Assembly (NCBI RefSeq): GCF_000091665.1
Contig: NC_000909.1
Location: forward strand, 1,342,117-1,374,116
Direction: 5' to 3'
Origin: Methanocaldococcus jannaschii DSM 2661
GTDB lineage: Archaea > AGJL01 > Methanococci > Methanococcales > Methanocaldococcaceae
Length of the DNA stretch: 32,000 bases
Positions 11,501-18,137 of this stretch are shown in pieces (position 1 is the first letter of the stretch; each line of letters starts with the position of its first letter). Made by a program: the position numbers and the translations under genes. Under the pieces are notes generated by a model. That model saw nothing but the letters and a program-made list of their open reading frames with translations, did not search any database and was not told the origin of the DNA.

Positions 11501-14270
11501 ATTAACATGGAATAAAGACATAACCCAAATTATAGGAAACTCAACTTATTTCGGATTCACAGGAGGAACAGGAGGAGCAAAAAACCTACAATACGTTAAG
11601 CCAACATATGTGAAAAATGGGGATAATGTTTTAAATCTCGAAGAAATATCTCCAAATCCAATTATTGACAATGTGGGGGCTGATACATACATTGGAAATA
11701 TATTCTTTGAAAATGTCAGTGTTGGAATATTAGGAAATGAAACTGGGCTAAATAATTTAACATTAAAGAGTTGTGGAATTTATGGAAAAATATTAAATGC
11801 AGGGGTTAAGTTAGTTGATTATGATTGGAGTTTGCAGAATTATCCATTGTATATTGACAATTTAACAATAAACGCCTCTGGAGGATATGGAATTTCAATG
11901 TTGAACAAAATATGGGCTATGTTGTATAACTCTCAAATATCTTTAAAAAACGGTGTAGGGATTTATTGGGCAAACTGGGCTGGTGGTTTTGGAAACATAA
12001 CAATCTATAATATAACTATAAGCTCATGTAATCAAGGATTGGTTTTATATAAAGATGGAAATGGAATAAAACTAATAAACTCTCAGATTAAGAATTCCGT
12101 TTATGAGGGAGTGTATTCAAAGAACTCAACTTTAGAAATACTTAACTCTTCAATAATTAATAACTCTATTGGAATCTATGCAAATATATCAAGCATATTG
12201 GTGAATAATTCCCTTATATATAAAAATAGATATGAAGGTTTATTATTAGAGAATTCATCCTCCTCAATATTGAATTCAAATATAATGAACAATAGCATAG
12301 GAATATATTTAAAAGAAAACTACATCTCAAAAATTCAAAAATCGAATATTTCATATAATGCCTATGGAATTGAAATAGTTAATTCATCTAACGTATATAT
12401 AAATTCATCAAATATATTTAATGCAAGCACAGATGGAATTGCAATATTTAATGGAGAAAATGTAAGTGTTGAAAACTCTCTATTGTATAATAACAATTAC
12501 TCAATACTCTCTTATGGTAATTTATCAAACCTCAGTGTGTTGAATTCATTATTAAGAGATTCAATAAACAACAGTATTGATATTGAAGTCCCTTCTGATG
12601 GATTTTTGAATAATTTAAAACTTTATAACTCAAGTGTATTAAACAGCGGAAGCTATGGGTTGTTTATCTATTCGTTGGGAAGTGCTTCAAATGTAAATAT
12701 ATCCAAATCACTAATAAACGGCTCCTACAAAGATGGAATTTACATCTATGGAGTAAATGCTATAAACATAGTTAATAATAACATAACCAATAACGGTTTG
12801 ATTGGAGGAGACCCAGCAGGAAGTGGAATAAAAATCAGTGGAAACTATACCAAGGGAGTTTTAATTTTAAATAACAATATATCTCACAACTTGGGTAATG
12901 GTATTTCTTTAGAAGGGTTGTGGAGCAGAACATTATGTGATGTTAAAGTTGAAAACAACATAATTTCAAATAATGGTATTGAAGAAAATAGCGGTAATGG
13001 AATATACATAGGAGGAAGAGTTGAGAATGTCTCTATATTTAATAACACGATTCAATACAGCGATGCTCAGGCAATTTTAATTCAAGAGGCAAATGGATGG
13101 AATTCTTGGGATTGGATTGGAACAAATATATCCATTATAAACAACACAATTCAATACAATGGATTAACTGTCACAATAGGAAATATAACCGCAGGAATAA
13201 CTGTTGGGGCTTATGGAGTTTATAATCAAGATAATGGATATATAATAATAGAGGGTAATAAAATAATAAACAACAATCTCTGTCCAAATCCAACTTATGG
13301 TGGAAAAGTTGGAGGAATTGAGGTTTATGGGTTAAATGAGAGTTGGATTAGCTTAGAATTTAATATCTCAAAGAATATCATAGCAAACAACTCTGCCTAT
13401 GGAATTTTAATAGGGGCAAGCAAAGACATCAACATAATTAATAACACAATCTTCAACAATGAAAAGGGAATTACAATTCCAAACTGGGATTTTGTTCCTT
13501 ACAATATAATAATCTCCAAAAACTCAATTTACAACAACTCTCTACTCGGAATTGACTTAGATGATGATAATGTAACTCTAAATGATGGGCTATTGAACTA
13601 TAATGAAGCAAATCATGGTATTGACTATCCAATAATTACCTATGCTGAGTTAAACGGAGATAACTTAACAGTTAAAGGATACATTGGAAATGGAACTGGC
13701 AGTTCAAACTTTGCAAATGCGGTAGTTGAGATTTATTTAGTTAAAAATTTAAGTGGCGGAGATAATTTAATAGGAAATAATATTTCTTCAGATGGCACTG
13801 TATTGAATGATACCTATGGAGAAAGTTGGATTTATTTGGGAAGTTTGATTGCTGATAGTAATGGATTTTTCAGTGGAACAATAAATGTTTCTGGAAAAGG
13901 GGTTGGAGATGAATCTTTACTAACTGCAACAGCAACGATAAAAGGTATTGGAACATCAGAATTTGGAAGAAACTATCTCTTAATTAAAAAGTTCTTCAAC
14001 ATAACTGGAACTATAGTAATGCTTCCAAACGGCTACAACATAACAATAAAATCATATAATACAACAAGAGATGTTTATGTTTATTGGTATAAGCCAGATA
14101 ATATTGAAGTAATCAATATTTCAGGGGATTATGATGAAAATGGAACCTATGGAAACACCTACTGGTTTAAATTTAATGTGATAAATGCAAATGAGACAAT
14201 GAACATATCAATAACAACCAATATAACAACAGTTGAGGGACTTATTATCGGTATTGACCCAAAAAAATAA
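5586..14270 (+). CDS. Giant (2894 aa) secreted surface protein/adhesin: repeated N-terminal beta domains, SdrD-B-like segment, two L-type-lectin-like domains, parallel beta-helix region
   Basis: Single uninterrupted ORF with signal peptide. Domain assignment from motifs (GITFTLQS...AVEVDTWLNDFD...DHIAIDV; GYVKEDFGTLG...DGIPDIGD; NNSIGIY/NNTI-type repeats). Confidence 0.9.
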   Translation: MKSYLKNISIFVFTILLLSNVSLGLNVSTTNNNSNFELNNSLIYKLNNSLTNTTNNSGSIIINNTTDTNKEKNECYLNITINGYRVIVKTNGEVFGFANKTPLKFIKIGDNEYIISPIVLNVPIEIYSKFNDKILHRTVILNYTKPEKEKKETNIKKEELHYLNVSFNNFKLIVKTNGKPYAKYLDLNIKVKTKKIKKHEYLVYPLILNKTIIIYAKFKNETLNRTIFLNYSIEENTTTNKTVILKNVYFPSEKIVIKTNFKPHTAYIVTPNNKIIHLKVHKKGKFYILSTKLKKNVILGNYSVVVDGIKKTFAVDYYKINAKLIDNRFIVGNVSYYVKEPKFITCIVDKKEINISLINGAFEIPLDYLIPKLNISKPEKIKKIILICGNAKEKIKVKFKNKEEIKKLISYDPVNKEIIIKLEGSEKEIKKLLKRYEKRKKYKISKIVKIYNYSIVEIKLKADKEILKDYNLPENILNTTEIVKKISSNKIRVEVNNKVDGVWYRFSCKIPKGYRVKEIVGDDGRVIRNNISINRLTGEVIGEVRWYIENNTLYFYDDPIYGYDISLIPPAPNHSIAVELSYNGQDYGGCGQISAIVFPYNKEDDETTVATYDHAGRTGDYNYANNIDAYAGSKIAIKYTSGALTRQYGVLGTAGSLGWWTYYYLSEINRTDIPLNTVPNGILESVIITDMYAPWNNNELNITQKVIIRGNNKWFATIYYIKNPTTKTYTNLKFFQGMDWNFRGSWWGDDAYYNSIDDVVYGYDSNAPVGDIQYGGFKSNIPSYEHDVNLYWSTWSDIRYDNLNNDSSYEGDAGTALAWTKDSLKPGEIWVVPIIWGLGYNYTDMMNEINMGLSQLYDTGVKSIDYPNNGDSFNPNIGPIIYINSTIALYGLVDAYNLNVSINITQINGTYIYTNSTLINLSVPYEEEKLVSFPVNISNMPYGAYNITIKTNLPNDQNTSNDEKSIIIYITSFSVQPNYQEKTGNVGEEIFYNITLYNFGVGGRFDINITYLTKGWTTKIYNNSILIAEDANGDGIWDYINPNYDLNSNNLPDIYVPTGEINLTVSKTIPSTAPLGEIDTTTLKFVNINNPSIFGKTTFQTSTPYPPSVQKTFYLHGDTLRTLNTSIPTTINNYTTINSNSLASWIQYPRFADNFTVVGKIPILLYINDPNVIFGTEMHKIVVSLMATNGIDSFTLGSDVEYLYLDDTIKSYIFNITLDSIITIPKNYYLVLRVENQISSNSINIYHNSTYPSNITLNTTTYVNVYNIFSDKNVYLPNENVTIFANITDPIGSYDISGANITVYYPNGSVYINSSMLLQEIDKNSPSLWKLYNYSFSLPESGKYLITITGIESNGVISKKNYTIYCGYEIQGYVKEDFGTLGKEDSEDKGIYGVNVSLLEDSNNDGIPDIGDTIVNSTTTDIFGHYSFLVYNSSKTYFVVVNSRTVGTTRGLNPQYSKNDIWAEETYQTVYTPINSSQWIANGNASIFPDKLLLTTDDYGEAGSVWYYKPVNLSEDLVVEFYAYLGDNPDGADGITFTLQSLGTNELGGTGGDLGYGGISPSVAVEVDTWLNDFDAPATTDHIAIDVNGNINHTYNSLTYPTPNPYDLGNVEDGREHLIKIVWNATTKTLQVYFDGNLSLTWNKDITQIIGNSAYFGFTGGTGGAKNLQYVKPIYVKNGDGYIINPTYGVVEMFGGRDPNEEDNWEDGKYEHYCLINLNSYSGKNITFGFSFDVITNTKSTGQGSFSQFIKNANAIYGKDESYFRIPNIDAKNGNHYIYTSGNKILDNLTIVNGSTQINGTIILSGLQWIANGNAYINNSNNLTLILTPDDYNQKGSVWYYKPVNLSEDLVVEFYAYLGDNPDGADGITFTLQSLGTNELGGTGGDLGYGGISPSVAVEVDTWLNDFDSPATTDHIAIDVDGNLNHTYNSLTYSTPNPYDLGNVEDGREHLIKIVWNATTKTLQVYFDGNLALTWNKDITQIIGNSTYFGFTGGTGGAKNLQYVKPTYVKNGDNVLNLEEISPNPIIDNVGADTYIGNIFFENVSVGILGNETGLNNLTLKSCGIYGKILNAGVKLVDYDWSLQNYPLYIDNLTINASGGYGISMLNKIWAMLYNSQISLKNGVGIYWANWAGGFGNITIYNITISSCNQGLVLYKDGNGIKLINSQIKNSVYEGVYSKNSTLEILNSSIINNSIGIYANISSILVNNSLIYKNRYEGLLLENSSSSILNSNIMNNSIGIYLKENYISKIQKSNISYNAYGIEIVNSSNVYINSSNIFNASTDGIAIFNGENVSVENSLLYNNNYSILSYGNLSNLSVLNSLLRDSINNSIDIEVPSDGFLNNLKLYNSSVLNSGSYGLFIYSLGSASNVNISKSLINGSYKDGIYIYGVNAINIVNNNITNNGLIGGDPAGSGIKISGNYTKGVLILNNNISHNLGNGISLEGLWSRTLCDVKVENNIISNNGIEENSGNGIYIGGRVENVSIFNNTIQYSDAQAILIQEANGWNSWDWIGTNISIINNTIQYNGLTVTIGNITAGITVGAYGVYNQDNGYIIIEGNKIINNNLCPNPTYGGKVGGIEVYGLNESWISLEFNISKNIIANNSAYGILIGASKDINIINNTIFNNEKGITIPNWDFVPYNIIISKNSIYNNSLLGIDLDDDNVTLNDGLLNYNEANHGIDYPIITYAELNGDNLTVKGYIGNGTGSSNFANAVVEIYLVKNLSGGDNLIGNNISSDGTVLNDTYGESWIYLGSLIADSNGFFSGTINVSGKGVGDESLLTATATIKGIGTSEFGRNYLLIKKFFNITGTIVMLPNGYNITIKSYNTTRDVYVYWYKPDNIEVINISGDYDENGTYGNTYWFKFNVINANETMNISITTNITTVEGLIIGIDPKK
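10092..10625 (+). repeat. Intragenic duplicated lectin-like domain, copy 1
   Basis: Starts ggtagtgtttggtattacaagccggttaat. Matches 11091-11624 at a constant offset of 999 bp. Confidence 0.9.
11091..11624 (+). repeat. Intragenic duplicated lectin-like domain, copy 2
   Basis: Near-identical to 10092-10625, in frame (offset 333 codons). Confidence 0.9.
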
Positions 14271-14335
14271 TTCGTCAAAAAATTGTTCTATAAATCTTAA
14301 ATACTTTAAAAAATAAAACCTAATAATTGGGGACC

Positions 14336-15787
14336 ATGAGATCGGTATATTTAATTATTATTATTATACTATTTTTTGCATTTATTTCTTTAAGTTTTGG
14401 GGAAATATATGAGTATAGGGGGGTTGTATTTTATCCAAATGGTTCTCAAACAGTTGATGTATCTAAGTTACATATAGATTATGAAAATCCCGATGCTTTT
14501 AGCATCTATATATCTTATAGAAACTCCTCCTTTTATCTTCCATATTCAAAAAATATAACTCTTAATCTCCCCCCAAAAAAATTTAACATATCCATAACTA
14601 TATCTGCAAGTAGAATCAGCAGAGATGAATGGAGGGTATATTATAAAATAATCAATAACTATCCCTACAGTATCTTATTTAACATATCTTTTCCAGGAGG
14701 ATTTAACATTAAAAATGCATCAGTCTTAGTTCCTGCCAAGTCCTATAAAATAATAACTTTATCAAAAATACAAAATTCAAATATTTTATATTTCGGAGAT
14801 AGCAATATAAGTTTTGAAGTACCCGCTAAATTGATGATAAGATATTCTCTGCCAATACCATTTTCCATAATAAAGTCAAATAAAATTTTAAGTAATGGTT
14901 CTATTGAATGGACAGCTATTTATATAATAAAAAATGATAAGAATGTCTCTTTAAATGTAAATGCAAGCTATTGGGCTGTTGTTAATAATACAAAAATAGA
15001 TTTTGGTAATTATTCCTATATTATAGAACCTAATGAGAATGTATCACAGTCATTTAATATCACTTCAGATTATGTTCCTATTTTTTATCTTAAATTTTAT
15101 GCATGGCGAGATGTTTATGAAACTATAAAAATAAAACCAGCAATTAAGGTTGATAATTCATACATTATTGGAATAGGAAAAGTTGAAGGTTTAAGTTTTA
15201 ACATTCCATATTATAACTATATGGAAAGAGAAATAAAAAAGAAAAAAGAAGAAAAGGAAAACGAAGAGTCATCTAAAACTATAAACCAAATGCAGAGACA
15301 TAAAAAAGAAGAGAAGTCACAGACTCAGGAGACAAAAAAACCTTCTAAAAATGAGATGAATAAACAAGAGAAAGAAAGAAAGTACCCACTAATAATTGAA
15401 GAAAAATTTAAAAAAGTAGCTGCTGCTATAGCCACAGTTACAACTACTTCAATAACTGCTATGTTGATTCCTCCAATATTTAGGAGACGTTCATATATTG
15501 TTGATAAAGGGATTTTCTCAATTAAAGACCTTGAACTACTAAGTGGCACAGTATATGTTCCAGAGGGTTGTAAGTTAGGAAATATATTACCTGGAGGTAT
15601 AACTATTATTAAACTTACTGATGTAGAAAAAGACCTTGCAAGGGACTTACATGAAATTTATGATATTCCTCTAAATTCAGCAAAAGCCATTATACTGGGT
15701 GTTAAGTATGGAGGTAGAGTATTTTTAAGTGATAAAAAGGCGTATGATGTGGCAGTTGAAATAGGACTTGAAGCATATCTTTTTTAA
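14336..15787 (+). CDS. Surface/membrane protein with extracellular N-terminus, TM helix and cytoplasmic C-terminal PIN-like domain
   Basis: ORF listed from TTG 14327; ATG 14336 is more likely. TM-like FKKVAAAIATVTTTSITAMLIPPIF. C-terminus YIVDKGIFSIKDLELLSGTVYVPEG...SAKAIILGVKYGGRVFLSDKKAYDVAVEIGL. Confidence 0.8.
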   Translation: MRSVYLIIIIILFFAFISLSFGEIYEYRGVVFYPNGSQTVDVSKLHIDYENPDAFSIYISYRNSSFYLPYSKNITLNLPPKKFNISITISASRISRDEWRVYYKIINNYPYSILFNISFPGGFNIKNASVLVPAKSYKIITLSKIQNSNILYFGDSNISFEVPAKLMIRYSLPIPFSIIKSNKILSNGSIEWTAIYIIKNDKNVSLNVNASYWAVVNNTKIDFGNYSYIIEPNENVSQSFNITSDYVPIFYLKFYAWRDVYETIKIKPAIKVDNSYIIGIGKVEGLSFNIPYYNYMEREIKKKKEEKENEESSKTINQMQRHKKEEKSQTQETKKPSKNEMNKQEKERKYPLIIEEKFKKVAAAIATVTTTSITAMLIPPIFRRRSYIVDKGIFSIKDLELLSGTVYVPEGCKLGNILPGGITIIKLTDVEKDLARDLHEIYDIPLNSAKAIILGVKYGGRVFLSDKKAYDVAVEIGLEAYLF

Positions 15788-15802
15788 ATAGAGGTGAAGT
15801 AT

Positions 15803-16054
15803 GTGGTAGAAGAAAACAATAAAGAAATATTAATAAAATTGAAGAAAATTAGAAAAATGCAAAGGAGAAGAACGCTCATTGGTTCATTTTTAGTCTCAAC
15901 ATCCATAATAATTTCTGAAATTTCAGTGTTTATATTTGTTGGTGTTTTTAATATAGACATAAGCTTTGGATTGTTATTATTGTTTATTTCGTTAATTTTT
16001 TTATCGTTAGGGCTCTATTTAATCATGTATCCTCCACCTATAGTCATAGATTAG
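15803..16054 (+). CDS. Small two-TM membrane protein
   Basis: ORF listed from GTG 15794. GTG 15803 sits 5 nt after AGGTGA (15792-15797). Two hydrophobic segments. Confidence 0.6.
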   Translation: MVEENNKEILIKLKKIRKMQRRRTLIGSFLVSTSIIISEISVFIFVGVFNIDISFGLLLLFISLIFLSLGLYLIMYPPPIVID

Positions 16055-16061
16055 TGAAATC

Positions 16062-17237
16062 ATGAAAAAGGACACTTTATTACTTATAATTTTAATCTTA
16101 TTTTGCATCGTTCATGTTTATGGTATTTATGTACATATTTATGGTATTAATGTTAGCTTAGAAAATGTTAGTCAATACCTTTACAACACTACGGTTTATC
16201 TTTCTTATGAGAATGGAACTCCATGTTTTTATATTGGAGAGAAAAAAGAATTCGTGATTATTCCTCCATATATAAAAGTTGATAGAGACATAGCTCCTTT
16301 AATTAAAAAACTAAGATTTAAAATAGAGAATAAAAGTTATAACCTTATCATTACAAAGAAAAATGTAAATACAAACAAGATGGCTATTATTTTTACTTCA
16401 ATAAATGGTTCGAGAGAAGTTAATGGCAATAAGACAATTATCTGGATAAAAGACCCACTCAAATTAAAACAATCAGAGGTTGAGGCATTATATGAATTAC
16501 CAGAAAAAGGAGAGGTTATAGCAAGATATAAAGACGGAAAACCAGCGGCGATAAAGATAAATAATAAAATATATGTTGGTTTTAAGCCAGATGAGGATGT
16601 TTTAGCTAATCTTATTTATATACATATAGTTAAGAAAACATCAAATCCTCTGCCCTATATACTTTTTACTGTTTTCTTAACTCTTGCATCTTTAATGCTA
16701 ACTTTTCAAGAAACCCTAAAAAAGAAGTTTTTGGAGCTAATATCTGCACTAGCATCAGTAAAAGTATTTATCCTCTCTCGTATAAATCTTCTTGATGAAG
16801 AAAAAGTCCTTCTAAATGACACAAGAAGAGAAATTTACAATTATATTTTAGACAATCCTGGATGTCATTTAAGAGAACTTTCTAAAAACCTAAATAAACC
16901 AGTATCAACACTTACGTGGCATTTAAGAATATTAGAAAAAGCAAATCTAATTAAAAGTAAAAAATTTGGTAATCGATTAATTTACTATCCAGCAGATATG
17001 GATATGAGGGATTTGCCACTGTTATATTTAAAAAATGAAACGCAAAAAAGCATATTTGAATATTTATTAAAAAGTCCTGCTCATTTAAGAAAGATTGCTA
17101 AAGATTTGAATTTGAATGTTGAAACTGTAAGGTATAATTTAAAAAAACTGGAAAATCTTGGAATTGTAAAATCTAAAGAAGAGGGAAACAGAATAGTATA
17201 TTATATAAATGAATCTATCTTAAAGTTTCATAAATAA
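16062..17237 (+). CDS. Membrane-anchored protein with two C-terminal winged-helix (ArsR-like) domains
   Basis: N-terminal signal/TM, extracellular region, [21 protein letters not shown], then [44 protein letters not shown] and [43 protein letters not shown]. Confidence 0.85.
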   Translation: MKKDTLLLIILILFCIVHVYGIYVHIYGINVSLENVSQYLYNTTVYLSYENGTPCFYIGEKKEFVIIPPYIKVDRDIAPLIKKLRFKIENKSYNLIITKKNVNTNKMAIIFTSINGSREVNGNKTIIWIKDPLKLKQSEVEALYELPEKGEVIARYKDGKPAAIKINNKIYVGFKPDEDVLANLIYIHIVKKTSNPLPYILFTVFLTLASLMLTFQETLKKKFLELISALASVKVFILSRINLLDEEKVLLNDTRREIYNYILDNPGCHLRELSKNLNKPVSTLTWHLRILEKANLIKSKKFGNRLIYYPADMDMRDLPLLYLKNETQKSIFEYLLKSPAHLRKIAKDLNLNVETVRYNLKKLENLGIVKSKEEGNRIVYYINESILKFHK

Positions 17238-17808
17238 AGTTATATTTCTTATATTTTTCCAAGTTATTTAAAATTTCCTGTAAAATGTTGTCTAATTGAT
17301 TTAAACAATCTTCAAAGCTTTTTTCATTAACTACTACAAAATCAGCCAATGCAATAGCATGTCCAATACTAAATCCTAACTCCCTCAAGTCCCTCTCTAC
17401 AAATACTTCCCAGTTTGCTGAATCATCTTCCCTTCCTCTTTTTTTCAATCTCTCAAATCTTGTTAATGGAGAAGAGTGAATGGCTATTAAAACCAAAGGT
17501 TTATGTTTTCTAAAATAATTAACCTCATATAAGCTCCTTATACCTTCAACAATAACTATTTCTTTATCTTTTAAATTTTCTTCTATATATTTTAGACATG
17601 CAACTGCAATTGCCTCATTTCCAAACTCCTCTCTTAGCTTTATAGCTGTATTTCCAACATTTTCTGGAGTTAATTCTAAGCCTCTTTTTTTTGTTTCATA
17701 TCTAACAACGTCTCCCATGGAAACTATTGGTAGATTATATTTTTTAGCAATTTCATAAGCTGAGCTTTTTCCCGCTCCTGGCATTCCTGTAATACCTATC
17801 AACAGCAT
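17215..17808 (-). CDS. P-loop NMP/dephospho-CoA-kinase-like protein (UPF0200 type)
   Basis: Walker A GMPGAGKS; archaeal UPF0200-like sequence. 3' end overlaps the convergent neighbour by 23 nt. Confidence 0.85.
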   Translation of the reverse strand: MLLIGITGMPGAGKSSAYEIAKKYNLPIVSMGDVVRYETKKRGLELTPENVGNTAIKLREEFGNEAIAVACLKYIEENLKDKEIVIVEGIRSLYEVNYFRKHKPLVLIAIHSSPLTRFERLKKRGREDDSANWEVFVERDLRELGFSIGHAIALADFVVVNEKSFEDCLNQLDNILQEILNNLEKYKKYNFIYETLR

Positions 17809-17817
17809 GGTTTCACA

Positions 17818-18021
17818 CTACGTTACATTGCTTAAGGATTTTTCAGCAACATTGGAACTTTGATTTATAACATCCATATTTGCATTTCTTGTTTCGATAG
17901 CTGTCTTTATCAAATAGTATGAAACAATTATTGCTGAGAGAACAACAACCATAACTAACAAAGAAAATTCTAAAGAAATTTGTCCTTTATTGGATTTTAT
18001 AAATTTCATTATAAATTTCAT
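17818..18021 (-). CDS. Class III signal peptide-containing (type IV pilin-like) small protein
   Basis: KGQISLEFSLLVMVVVLSAIIVSYY fits the Q-x-S-x-E-x3-L class III signal peptide motif. Confidence 0.85.
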   Translation of the reverse strand: MKFIMKFIKSNKGQISLEFSLLVMVVVLSAIIVSYYLIKTAIETRNANMDVINQSSNVAEKSLSNVT

Positions 18022-18137
18022 AATATCCCCAAAAAAGTTTTACTAAATTTACTAATAAGTTATTATAAAGTTATAATTATTTATAACTTATTTTATTCAT
18101 AGCTTTATTTGAATGTTTATTTGAACGGTGATTTATA

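Noticed and set aside
5594-11508. Minus-strand ORFs of 66-114 aa inside the 2894-aa gene (5594, 7414, 8482, 11296)
   Set aside because: They are shadows of a long, well-supported plus-strand coding frame with no recognisable domains.
15325-15549. Minus-strand 74-aa ORF within the PIN-like-tail gene
   Set aside because: Hydrophobic antisense of the TM/charged linker; no independent evidence.
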